From positions 1 to 57,192 of IMG/VR virus record IMGVR_UViG_3300028025_001682: a stretch of 57,192 nucleotides of DNA; one strand, given 5' to 3'. Below, one piece after another: positions 1 through 8,929 of this stretch. Origin of the DNA: a virus. Lineage: Duplodnaviria; Caudoviricetes. How positions within the stretch are numbered: position 1 is the first letter of the stretch; each line of letters starts with the position of its first letter. The translations under genes were made by a program, and so were the position numbers. The notes beneath the pieces are model-generated. The model was not told the origin of the DNA and did no database searches. It worked only from the letters and a program-made list of their open reading frames with translations.

Positions 1-1
1 G

Positions 2-1690
2 GTGCTAGGATCTAACCTAGACCTAGGTGGAGATGACACAGGTTCACGTAACGGCACGGGCAAGACCACAATGATCAATGCACTAAGTTATGCATTGTAC
101 GGGCAGGCTCTAACTAACATCAAAAAAGAGAATTTGATCAATAAAACTAACGGCAAAGCTATGTTAGTCACTGTTGAGTTTGAGAAAAACGGCGTTAATT
201 ATCGCATCGAGCGAGGCCGCAAACCTAATGTTCTTAAATTGTATGTCAACGATCAAGAACTAAAGTCAGAAGAAAAAGAAGACGAAGCTCAGGGCGATAG
301 TCGCGAAACGCAAAAAGCCATTGAACAGATGTTAGAGATGACTCACACTATGTTCAAGCACTTAGTAGCTCTTAACACTTACACAGAACCGTTCCTGAGT
401 ATGAAGGCTGCTGAACAGCGTGAAGTTATTGAACAACTATTGGGCATTACTTTGCTTTCAGAAAAAGCAGAAGCACTAAAAGCACAGATTAAAGAAAGCA
501 AAGATTCTATTCAAATTGAAACTGTTAGAATTGAAGCGATTAAAACTGCCAACAGTAACGTACAAAAAAGTATCGACAGCTTAAAAATTAAAAGTTCAGC
601 TTGGGAATCTAAGAAAGAAGCAGACATAGAAAATCTAGGTCGTGCTATGATGCGACTTGAGAATGTTGACATTGAAGCAGAGCTAGCGGCTCATTTGCGG
701 ATAAGAGAGTGGGCTGAAAATGATACAAAGATTAAAAATCTTAACAAACAGCGAGCTACATTAGAGTCAGCTGTAGGACAAGCTGAAAAGTCTGTTAAGA
801 AATACAGCAAAGATCTTGAAAGTCTAGCAGATAAAAAGTGTCATGCCTGCGAACAACAGCTTCACGATCACAAACACGAAGAAATGTCTGCTACAGCTAA
901 CAAGCATTTGTTAGAAGCAGTAGAATATTTTGAAAAAGTCAGTGTTGGTCTTAATAAAATCATAGAAGAAATTGCTGCCATTGGTGAGTTGCCCCGCAAG
1001 CCGCAGACGTTCTATGACACAGAAGCCGAAGCACTGGGTCATAAAAACAACTTGGACGGTTTAGAAAAGAGTCTAACTGCTAAGATTGATGAACAAAATC
1101 CCTATGAAGAACAGATTGAAGAACTAAACAATACTGCTATTCAAGAAATTAACTGGGAAGAAGTTAACACATTGACCAAGTTAAAGGACCATCAAGAGTT
1201 CTTACACAAACTGTTAACTAACAAAGACTCGTTTATTCGTAAGAAAATCATTGATCAAAACTTGAGTTACTTAAATAAACGACTAAGCTACTATATCGAC
1301 AAGCTAGGACTTCCGCATAGAGTAGTTTTCCAAAATGATCTTAATGTTGAGATTACTCAACTAGGACAAGATCTCGATTTTGATAATCTGAGTCGTGGCG
1401 AACGTAACAGATTAATCTTAAGTATGAGCTTTGCCTTCCGTGATGTATGGGAAGGACTGTATCAAAGTATTAATTTATTGTTTATTGATGAACTTGTAGA
1501 CGCTGGAATGGATAGTGCTGGTGTAGAGTCTGCACTGGCTGTCCTGAAAAAGATGGCCAGGGAGCGCAATAAGAATATATACTTAATATCGCACAAGGAT
1601 GAACTTGTAGGCCGAGTAAACAATGTACTCCGAGTTATCAAAGAGAACGGTTTTACCAGTTATTCAAACGATGTAGACTATGTTGAATGA
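2..1690 (+). CDS. gp46: Recombination endonuclease ATPase subunit (T4 gp46 / SbcC / Rad50-like), 5'-truncated
   Basis: Walker A NGTGKT, long coiled coil with CHAC zinc hook, signature LSRGE, Walker B LLFIDE, H-loop ISH; ORF runs off the window start. Confidence 0.93.
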   Translation: MLGSNLDLGGDDTGSRNGTGKTTMINALSYALYGQALTNIKKENLINKTNGKAMLVTVEFEKNGVNYRIERGRKPNVLKLYVNDQELKSEEKEDEAQGDSRETQKAIEQMLEMTHTMFKHLVALNTYTEPFLSMKAAEQREVIEQLLGITLLSEKAEALKAQIKESKDSIQIETVRIEAIKTANSNVQKSIDSLKIKSSAWESKKEADIENLGRAMMRLENVDIEAELAAHLRIREWAENDTKIKNLNKQRATLESAVGQAEKSVKKYSKDLESLADKKCHACEQQLHDHKHEEMSATANKHLLEAVEYFEKVSVGLNKIIEEIAAIGELPRKPQTFYDTEAEALGHKNNLDGLEKSLTAKIDEQNPYEEQIEELNNTAIQEINWEEVNTLTKLKDHQEFLHKLLTNKDSFIRKKIIDQNLSYLNKRLSYYIDKLGLPHRVVFQNDLNVEITQLGQDLDFDNLSRGERNRLILSMSFAFRDVWEGLYQSINLLFIDELVDAGMDSAGVESALAVLKKMARERNKNIYLISHKDELVGRVNNVLRVIKENGFTSYSNDVDYVE

Positions 1691-1967
1691 AGAGATAAAC
1701 AAGTATAACAATTTGTATTCACAGTTAGTCAGTGCCTTTGCAGAACTACATAATCATAATTTGGTTTTTGTAAAGACGCAGGGCAGAGAACCTGGCTTCC
1801 GCTGTAGAGAACAACTTAGAATTGTTGAAGAAGCGGCCAAGCAATTAAAACGGCAAAGCCAATTAGTCTGCAAAGAAAATTTAGCTAATATAAGATTAGA
1901 AAAGAAACTTAAAAAAGAGGAAAAGAAAAATGTCAAACACCGTAGAACAACTAAAAAGTCAATTTGA
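1680..1967 (+). CDS. Small basic helical protein, possible divergent Hc1-like paralog
   Basis: Overlaps both neighbours; GFRCREQL..AKQLKR echoes GTRSRKAL..VKARR of the next gene; Lys-rich tail. Confidence 0.55.
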   Translation: MLNEEINKYNNLYSQLVSAFAELHNHNLVFVKTQGREPGFRCREQLRIVEEAAKQLKRQSQLVCKENLANIRLEKKLKKEEKKNVKHRRTTKKSI

Positions 1968-2127
1968 AGCATTCTTAGCAGAAGATGCAAAATTCACAGG
2001 AGGCAATAGCGCAGCCGGAACTCGCAGTCGTAAAGCTCTAGCAGAGTTAAGTAAGCTAGTAAAAGCAAGACGCAATGAGATCACAGAAGAAAAGAATGCC
2101 CGCAAGGAAGCTAAGGCAGCAAAATAA
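1930..2127 (+). CDS. Histone H1-like (Hc1 family) DNA-binding protein
   Basis: GNSAAGTRSRKALAELSKLVKARR matches the Hc1-type GNxAAxxRxRK motif; GAGG upstream. Confidence 0.75.
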   Translation: MSNTVEQLKSQFEAFLAEDAKFTGGNSAAGTRSRKALAELSKLVKARRNEITEEKNARKEAKAAK

Positions 2128-2130
2128 TTA

Positions 2131-2559
2131 ATGACTTGGACTTATCAAGGACAAGTTGTAAATGAATTACCTGAAGACTGTGTTGGTTTTGTATATTGCA
2201 TTACCAATATAGCTTCGGGGCGCCAATACATTGGCAAAAAATTAGCAAAATTTAGTAAAACGACCTACAAGACTGTAAAGTTGAAGAACGGCACCAAGAA
2301 GAAAAAGAAGATTCGAAGCAAAATCGACAGCGACTGGCAGGAATATTACGGGTCCAGTCCTAATTTAACAGCAGACATCAACGCACTAGGCAAAGACAAT
2401 TTCTCAAGAGAAATACTATACTATTGTACATCTAAAGCACAAACATCTTACATTGAGGCCCGAGAACAATTCGACCGCAAAGTATTAGAATCCGATGATT
2501 ATTATAACGGACATATTCAAGTCCGTGTACATGGCTCCCACATAAAATCTAAAATTTAA
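2131..2559 (+). CDS. GIY-YIG family endonuclease (Seg-like), catalytic domain only
   Basis: GFVYCITN...QYIGKK, YYGSS, FSREIL, YIE, YYN motifs; Lys-rich insertion. Confidence 0.85.
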   Translation: MTWTYQGQVVNELPEDCVGFVYCITNIASGRQYIGKKLAKFSKTTYKTVKLKNGTKKKKKIRSKIDSDWQEYYGSSPNLTADINALGKDNFSREILYYCTSKAQTSYIEAREQFDRKVLESDDYYNGHIQVRVHGSHIKSKI

Positions 2560-2996
2560 GGCACCTTAAGCGGTAACAAGCAAGCGTCAGCTAATATCGG
2601 ACGCCCAATACCTGGACCTCGGGTCGCAGGGAACGGAAATCTCTTGCCGCTAAGAGTACTCAACCACTGCCCGGATGGATGAAGATCGCTAATAAGACCT
2701 GCGATTTGGTTGTTTGAAAAGGAATGAATAGGCAAAATGAGGGGATAGAGACACCCCACGTTTACTAATATGTTAGCGTATATTTGTAAACCGCCGCTGG
2801 AATAAGACTGAGCTCGTGGTACAGGCCAACCGCCACTGTAATGCTTTAACGCTAAGTGACATATGTTCGACTCGAATAATGTTTCTTTGCCCGTCCTGGG
2901 CAAAGTGTGACTGAACGATCTGAATAATATTATTTCGTCTTCGACGAAGTATGTGCTCTGAGTGTTAACGAAAGAGCAAATGAGCGTCAGCTCATT
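2560..2996 (+). ncRNA. Candidate large structured non-coding RNA (or structured origin region)
   Basis: No credible ORF; GC-richer than other spacers; many stems and a 7-bp loop-distal pairing (see findings); strand inferred from flanking genes. Confidence 0.5.
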
Positions 2997-3003
2997 ATAA
3001 ATA
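2996..3003 (+). promoter_or_regulatory. T4-type late promoter TATAAATA
   Basis: Exact T4 gp55 consensus 26 nt before ATG 3030. Confidence 0.75.
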
Positions 3004-3029
3004 AAAGAAATATTATAGGAATTCCCTAA

Positions 3030-3908
3030 ATGAAAATTAATGAACTTATCGCTGAACAACAAAATATAGAAGAGGGTATTGGGTCGTTCCTCGGTAAAGC
3101 AGCTGGACATGTAGCAGGTGCAACAGGTGCCGCATGGAGAGATGCCAAACAGGGATACAAAGATGCAAAAGCTGTATGGGATCCAAAAGATCCTCCTGGA
3201 ACCTATAATAATGATCCTGCAACAAATGGAGCCGCACCTGCAGGTGGTCCAAATCCTGATGAACTAAGAAAGCAGGCAGCCGAATTAACTAAACAAGCTG
3301 ATCAAATAGAAAAGACTGCTAGTCAACCTGCACCAGCTCCTACTACACCTCCGCCCGCTCCAACAAATACAACAGCTCCTGCACCTAATACTGAACCTGC
3401 TGCTCAAACAGAACCAGCAGCGCCCGATCAATGGCCAGCAGGGCTTCCTAAGTTTAATTCAGTTACAGGACAAAAATTTACAAGCCCTGAAGAAGCAGAA
3501 CAGGTAACTAATTCTCCAGAATTTAAACAACAAATGGCAGACGTTGCCGCTGGCAAAGATCCAGGAGGTGTTCAAGCTACACAACAGCCAGCACCGGCAC
3601 CTACTACTCCTGCGCCAACTGCACCGGCTCCAACAACTCCTGCACCTACAACTCCGCCAGCAAGTACGCCTCCTACAACAGGCGGCAAGTTAACTAAAGC
3701 ACAACAGGATGCTATGAAAGCTAAATTACAAGGTAAGAGAGCAGCAGGTCAAACTACCGCTAGTCAAACAGGTTCTGGATTTAAGGACTACGTAGGTGGC
3801 AGTGGAGAAAGAATGACCGGTGTTGATGCCAGTGGTGCTCCAGTTTATCAAAAGATACAGCGCGAAGGCGTTGAGTTCCGTAGTAACTTCTTGGGAATGA
3901 TGATTTAA
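3030..3908 (+). CDS. Pro/Ala/Thr-rich putative internal head protein
   Basis: N-terminus MKINELIAE resembles T4 capsid-targeting/gp21-cleaved leaders; PAPTT repeats; late promoter and AGGA. Confidence 0.6.
   Translation: MKINELIAEQQNIEEGIGSFLGKAAGHVAGATGAAWRDAKQGYKDAKAVWDPKDPPGTYNNDPATNGAAPAGGPNPDELRKQAAELTKQADQIEKTASQPAPAPTTPPPAPTNTTAPAPNTEPAAQTEPAAPDQWPAGLPKFNSVTGQKFTSPEEAEQVTNSPEFKQQMADVAAGKDPGGVQATQQPAPAPTTPAPTAPAPTTPAPTTPPASTPPTTGGKLTKAQQDAMKAKLQGKRAAGQTTASQTGSGFKDYVGGSGERMTGVDASGAPVYQKIQREGVEFRSNFLGMMI
3589..3680 (+). repeat. Imperfect 15-nt coding tandem repeat (PAPTT)n
   Basis: PAPAPTTPAPTAPAPTTPAPTTPP encoded by cct/cca-gca-cct-act-act variants. Confidence 0.6.
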
Positions 3909-4135
3909 AAGAACGGCAAGCCCGAATCTTTGGTTATATTTAAATTCTCTTCGATTAGCTGTCCAATAAGTAATCGATCATCTACGGTCAACATAAATGC
4001 TTCTGATATGGTCATGCCCCCGCGCATGTACCAACATAATTTAAAAAGCTCCTCTCTTAAGGCTTTTGTATCTTTTTCATATTCTTTAACAACGCGATCA
4101 ATGCCTTCGTTGTCAAGATACAAAAGCCTTAGACG
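3905..4135 (-). CDS. Frameshift extension (GT-like) of the upstream tail chaperone/hub protein
   Basis: -1 frame open from 4150; only a TTG start (4123) buried in a hairpin; CWYMRGG..SEAF.L..DDR segment. Confidence 0.7.
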   Translation of the reverse strand, partial: RLRLLYLDNEGIDRVVKEYEKDTKALREELFKLCWYMRGGMTISEAFMLTVDDRLLIGQLIEENLNITKDSGLPFF

Positions 4136-4141
4136 AAAAAA
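4058..4141 (-). promoter_or_regulatory. Predicted -1 ribosomal frameshift signal: T TTT TTC heptamer plus 17-bp stem
   Basis: Heptamer at 4141-4135 in XXXYYYZ register; perfect inverted repeat 4131-4115 / 4074-4058. Confidence 0.75.
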
Positions 4142-5004
4142 GTTGCAGGATCAAATACCATTGGTACTTCAACAGTGTCACCTGTAAATCCTTTTTCACG
4201 CATTTCGTCTGTGACGTTTACAATAACAGGCTTGATAGTATTAATTTCTCTCAACCGATCCAAGTGTTCCTGAATCTTATTAAAGATATCTTTGTCAACA
4301 TTCTCAATAAACTCAGCAATAAATCTTGGATTATCAGTACTGCCTTCGCTAGAATCGATTCTAATGATACTTGACTGTACCATACCTAGTGTAATATCAG
4401 TTAACTTACTAAAACTTTCTTTAAACAGCTTTAACTTTTCTGCTTCTTCAAGTTTATCGTTGTTGACTACTTGTATGATTTTTTGAGTTTCAAAAGTTTT
4501 TAGAGCACTTTCGCTGATTTGTTTATAGGTCATAGGACGTACAAACACAGTTAGATCATCAGTGACTTGTACAACAGGATCCCAAGTAACGTTATTGAGC
4601 AAGGAGTCCATGACAGTTCTTAGGTCAACAGTATATTCCATTTCGATATCATCACCGAATGTAATGGGAGTTGTCATTTTTTCACCGTAGGTTGCTAGTC
4701 TGATAGCAATTAGGGCAACATCTAAATCAATGTTAGGCATGTGCCAAGCATTTTTAATATTTGGAATACAATGCTGGATAACATCTACAACTGCTTGCCC
4801 GCTCATAACAGCGTCTGGAACTTTCAACATTAATTCATCTTTGGCAGTCATGGAGTAAACTGGATATTCTCCAGTTTCTGTAGGAATAATAGTGCCTGCT
4901 GGCCAATATTCACCGTTGCTGGGCAATCTAATATAGATCTTTGGTTGCCTCATAAACGAAGCTAACGGGTTAGGTTGTTGCATTGGTGGGACGTTGGCTA
5001 CCAT
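4129..5004 (-). CDS. Baseplate hub assembly / tail assembly chaperone (T4 gp26/gp51-like)
   Basis: NPL..FMRQPKIYIRLPS, MTAKDELML, LIAIRLATYG motifs; start moved to ATG 5004 (GGAGA at 5017-5013); ends FDPATFFV. Confidence 0.7.
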   Translation of the reverse strand: MVANVPPMQQPNPLASFMRQPKIYIRLPSNGEYWPAGTIIPTETGEYPVYSMTAKDELMLKVPDAVMSGQAVVDVIQHCIPNIKNAWHMPNIDLDVALIAIRLATYGEKMTTPITFGDDIEMEYTVDLRTVMDSLLNNVTWDPVVQVTDDLTVFVRPMTYKQISESALKTFETQKIIQVVNNDKLEEAEKLKLFKESFSKLTDITLGMVQSSIIRIDSSEGSTDNPRFIAEFIENVDKDIFNKIQEHLDRLREINTIKPVIVNVTDEMREKGFTGDTVEVPMVFDPATFFV

Positions 5005-5017
5005 GGTTTGTATCTCC

Positions 5018-5054
5018 GATAAATAAATGATGCTAAATGAATACAATATTTATC
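5018..5054. promoter_or_regulatory. Face-to-face late promoters (GATAAATA on + at 5018-5025 and on - at 5054-5047)
   Basis: Identical octamer on each strand serving the divergent chaperone and tape measure genes. Confidence 0.6.
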
Positions 5055-5078
5055 TACGCAGATAACCACTGAGAAACA

Positions 5079-7196
5079 ATGGCAGACGTCACCGGATCGA
5101 TAGGCAACGAATATGTAGAACTGAATAATGCAGCCACGGAGGCTACATTAAAGCAACTCGTGCAGGCTGTTCAAAAACAGGCCGGAGCAGGTGCCGCAGG
5201 TGCAGTAGGATCAACAGCTGGAGCCGCTGGTGTTAATACTGCTTCAATTGAAGCAGCCAAAGCCGCAGCCAAAGCCCAAAAAGAGCTTGGCGAAAAAGCA
5301 GATAATCTTAAAAAGACATTCTCCGCCCTAGCAGAAGGCATGATGCAGTTAGGTGGAAAGCTACTTGACGGCACTGACAAGAGCAGCGATCTATTTTCAG
5401 CGTTTGAAAGATTACCAGGTGCCGCAGGATTAGTTGCTAGCGGATTTGCAAAAGTAGCAAGATTTCAAGAAGAAAACTTAGGGGCTTATCAAAAGATTAC
5501 AGATGCTGGAGTTAGCTTTGGCGGCAGTCTAACTGATATGCGAACTGCGGCGGCCAGCACATATATGACATTAGATCAGTTTGCAGGCCTAATGAAACGC
5601 AACAGTGAAACATTTGCAAAGATGGGAGGTACTGCTGAACAGGGCGCAAGAGCGTTTACTGGACTTAGTAATTCATTAATGAAAAGTGAAGCTGGAGATA
5701 ATCTAAGAGCATTGGGATATACTTCAGAACAAGTTAATGAAGGACTTGCAGGATATTTGGCCAACACAGGTGCTCGCACTAAACAAGAAATGCAAAATAC
5801 CGCGGCAATTACCAAAGGTGCTAGCGAGTATTTGACTCAATTAGATGGACTGGCTGCTATTACAGGTAAGAGCAGAGAAGAACAAGAAAAAGCATTAAAA
5901 CAAGCTAATGCTAATGCAGCCTACGAACAATTTAAAATGGGCATGTCTGAAGAACAACGTGCGGCATACGATAAAGGCATGGCAGAAATGAGTGCTAAGT
6001 TTGGTAAAGCAGGCGAAGATTTGTTTAAATCTCAGGCTATGGGATTACCTCCTATGACTGAAGCTGCACAAAAATTACAAGCACTAAGTCCTGAGGTAGC
6101 TAAAGCAAGTCAAGGTATGGCTGATGTAGGTAAGCGAGGAGGGTCGGCTGCTGAAACTCTTAAGCTATCTGCACAAGCAACTGAAGGTGCTGCCAATGCT
6201 GCTAAACGATTATCAGGCGTAGCAGGAGCTTTAAGTTTTTCAACGGACAGCACGAGTCAAGCAATGATGGGATTAACTAAAGAGTCAAATAGAGCAAGAG
6301 CGCAGGGTACAGAAACAGCAGCCGCAGGTGAAAGACAACAACGAGAAATTGCAGAAGAACAAAAGAAACGTCAAGAGTCTGAAGCTAAAGCCGCAGTTGA
6401 ATCTCAGAAAGCTATACAAGAACTTGGTCAGGCACTATTAAGTATTTTAATGCCTGCAATTAAATTATTAACCGCTGTAATAAATCCTTTGGCTAAATTT
6501 GTCAGCGCAGTTATGGTACAGTTTGAAAAGTTAGGCACTACTTTGCAGTTGATAACCGTAGCAGGCTTAGCGTTTCTAGCTTTTAAAAAATTAGAATTAG
6601 CAAGGGCACAGGCAGGACAAATTCCAACAGGCGGTGGTGGTGGAGCAGGCGGTCTTGGTGGCTCAGGTATTGGCAAAGGTATTGGCAGCAGACTAGCCGG
6701 ATCAGTTAAAGGTGGCGTAGGTGGTCTAGTTGGTGGACTTGCTCTTGGTGCAGCCGCAGACTATGCTGCCAGTAACGGAATGGAAAAGACGGGTGCAGGA
6801 TTAGATATTGCAGGCCAGGCAGCTACCTTTGCAGGTACTGGTGCTATGTTGGGTAGTATTGTTCCAGGAGTAGGTACAGCTATAGGTGCTGGACTAGGAG
6901 CAGCGGCAGGTGGCGCATACGGACTTTACCAAAATTGGGGCAAGTTATTTGGCGAGTCTGGACAGAAAAAAGCCGCAGATGGATTAATGGTAAACACTCC
7001 GACTAGTATCCTAGCTGGAGAAGCAGGTCCGGAGATTGTAGCACCGACTAGACACTTTGAAAATTTACAGAACGAGCTACAGACGTTAAATAAACAAACA
7101 GCAGAGATGCTAAGGTACCTTAAAGAAACCTCAGAGTATACTAGAAATACTGCGGATGCTACCAAAGGATTAAGCGGGAACCTTTTTAAATTTTAA
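5079..7196 (+). CDS. Tail tape measure protein
   Basis: 705 aa Ala/Gly-rich helical protein with hydrophobic and Gly-rich segments, AGEAGPE motif; adjacent to chaperone-like gene. Confidence 0.7.
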   Translation: MADVTGSIGNEYVELNNAATEATLKQLVQAVQKQAGAGAAGAVGSTAGAAGVNTASIEAAKAAAKAQKELGEKADNLKKTFSALAEGMMQLGGKLLDGTDKSSDLFSAFERLPGAAGLVASGFAKVARFQEENLGAYQKITDAGVSFGGSLTDMRTAAASTYMTLDQFAGLMKRNSETFAKMGGTAEQGARAFTGLSNSLMKSEAGDNLRALGYTSEQVNEGLAGYLANTGARTKQEMQNTAAITKGASEYLTQLDGLAAITGKSREEQEKALKQANANAAYEQFKMGMSEEQRAAYDKGMAEMSAKFGKAGEDLFKSQAMGLPPMTEAAQKLQALSPEVAKASQGMADVGKRGGSAAETLKLSAQATEGAANAAKRLSGVAGALSFSTDSTSQAMMGLTKESNRARAQGTETAAAGERQQREIAEEQKKRQESEAKAAVESQKAIQELGQALLSILMPAIKLLTAVINPLAKFVSAVMVQFEKLGTTLQLITVAGLAFLAFKKLELARAQAGQIPTGGGGGAGGLGGSGIGKGIGSRLAGSVKGGVGGLVGGLALGAAADYAASNGMEKTGAGLDIAGQAATFAGTGAMLGSIVPGVGTAIGAGLGAAAGGAYGLYQNWGKLFGESGQKKAADGLMVNTPTSILAGEAGPEIVAPTRHFENLQNELQTLNKQTAEMLRYLKETSEYTRNTADATKGLSGNLFKF

Positions 7197-7199
7197 ATT

Positions 7200-8921
7200 A
7201 TGGCTTGGAAAAAATACTTTACTTTAGTTGATACATCAGGACAAATGAGTCCTATCAACGGTTCTGTTAATTCAGACAGCCGTGCTAATCCTACGCATAG
7301 AAATTATTCAAGCTATTTGCCAGATGTATATTCTGGACATCCAAATCGTTTAGAGCGTTATGGTCAGTACGATACCATGGACAGCGACAGTGAAGTTAAT
7401 GCCGCACTGGACATTCTTGCAGAATTCTGCAGCCAAACAAATGAAGACAGCGGTACTCCGTTCCGTGTATTCTTCAAAGAACAAGCTACAGGTACTGAAA
7501 CTAAGATTATTAAAAAGTTCATGCAACAGTGGACTAAACTTAATAAATTTGACAAACGAATTTTTAAAATTGTAAGAAATACATTCAAGTACGGTGATGC
7601 ATTCTTTGTTCGTGATCCAGAAACACAGGCTTGGATGTTCGTTGATTCACAGAAAGTTGATCGCATTATTGTCAACGAAAGCGAAGGTAAGAAACCTGAA
7701 CAATATGTTATCCGCGATTTTAATCCTAACTTAGAAACATTGGCTACAACTGCTATCAGTCCTAGTAATGTAACAGGTGGTGGAAGCCAATATGCTAGTA
7801 GCTATGCTGCAGGACAAGGCGGTGCAGGCGGCTCACGAGGAATGACTGGTGCGTTCCCTACAAACTTAAATGGAAATAGATTTTCTAAAACAGAAAATCA
7901 GTATAACATTGATGCAAGACACGTTATTCATATCAGTTTAAGTGAAGGTCTTGACAACAATTTTCCTTTTGGAACAAGCCTTTTAGAAAGTATTTTTAAA
8001 GTCTACAAGCAAAAAGAACTGCTTGAAGATGCTATTATTATCTATCGTATACAACGTGCTCCTGAGCGTAGAGTGTTCTATATTGACGTTGGTAACATGC
8101 CAAGTCACTTAGCCATGAGCTTTGTTGAACGAGTTAAAAACGAAGTAAATCAAAGACGAATACCTAGTGTAACAGGTGGTGGACAGACCGTTGTTGACGC
8201 TGGTTACAATCCATTAAGTATCAACGAAGATTACTTCTTCCCACAGACAGCAGAAGGCCGCGGTAGTAAAGTTGAAGTCTTACCAGGCGGCACTAACTTG
8301 GGAGAGATTGATGATCTTAAATATTTTACTAATAAGTTGTTTAGGGCTTTACGCATTCCTAGCAGTTATCTACCTACTGGTCCCGATGACGGCGGATCTA
8401 ACTTTAATGATGGTAGAGTTGGAACAGCCTACATCCAAGAACTCCGATTTAACAAGTACTGCGAACGATTACAAAGCCTAATGAATGATGTATTTGATAC
8501 AGAGTTTAAACTGTATCTACACAACAAAGGCATTAATGTTGACAGCAACATATTTGATGTTAAGTTTAATCCTCCACAGAATTTTGCCGCTTTCCGTCAA
8601 ACAGAAATGGATACTGCCCGTGTAACCACATACACTACAGTAGCAGCCGTTCCGTTTATCAGCAAACGTTTTGCATTAAAACGCTTCTTAGGACTAACAC
8701 AAGAAGAAATTGTAGAAAACGAAACACTATGGAAAGAAGAAAACGTAGACGAGGATACAGAATTGCCAGCAAATGCTGAACTACGTTCAGTAGGTATTAC
8801 AGCAAATGGTATGGGTGCAGACATGAATTCGCTATCAGGTGCAACATCTGCACCTCCTCCAGAAGGTGAACCTGGTGCAGAAGCAGCTCCGGCAGCTCCA
8901 GGATCTGCACCTCCAGCATAA
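7200..8921 (+). CDS. gp20: Portal protein
   Basis: LLEDAIIIYRIQRAPERRVFYIDVGNMP, EDYFFP, LPGGTNLGEIDD: T4 gp20 hallmarks. Confidence 0.96.
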   Translation: MAWKKYFTLVDTSGQMSPINGSVNSDSRANPTHRNYSSYLPDVYSGHPNRLERYGQYDTMDSDSEVNAALDILAEFCSQTNEDSGTPFRVFFKEQATGTETKIIKKFMQQWTKLNKFDKRIFKIVRNTFKYGDAFFVRDPETQAWMFVDSQKVDRIIVNESEGKKPEQYVIRDFNPNLETLATTAISPSNVTGGGSQYASSYAAGQGGAGGSRGMTGAFPTNLNGNRFSKTENQYNIDARHVIHISLSEGLDNNFPFGTSLLESIFKVYKQKELLEDAIIIYRIQRAPERRVFYIDVGNMPSHLAMSFVERVKNEVNQRRIPSVTGGGQTVVDAGYNPLSINEDYFFPQTAEGRGSKVEVLPGGTNLGEIDDLKYFTNKLFRALRIPSSYLPTGPDDGGSNFNDGRVGTAYIQELRFNKYCERLQSLMNDVFDTEFKLYLHNKGINVDSNIFDVKFNPPQNFAAFRQTEMDTARVTTYTTVAAVPFISKRFALKRFLGLTQEEIVENETLWKEENVDEDTELPANAELRSVGITANGMGADMNSLSGATSAPPPEGEPGAEAAPAAPGSAPPA

Positions 8922-8924
8922 ATA
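8919..8924 (+). promoter_or_regulatory. Late promoter core TAAATA overlapping portal stop, 5 nt before ATG 8930
   Basis: CATAAATA-TTACT-ATG. Confidence 0.6.
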
Positions 8925-8929
8925 TTACT

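Noticed and set aside
2560-2996. Group I/II intron, RNase P or tmRNA
   Set aside because: Flanking genes are intact; no correctly ordered P7 pairing, domain V, GAGGAAAGUCC or tRNA-like ends found by eye; a covariance search is still needed
2556-3110. 184-aa minus-strand ORF across the structured spacer
   Set aside because: Overlaps the 3030 gene antisense, no SD or motif, atypical composition
5005-5046. Longer N-terminus (MYSFSII...) for the minus-strand chaperone
   Set aside because: GGAGA SD supports ATG 5004; the extension runs through the promoter region
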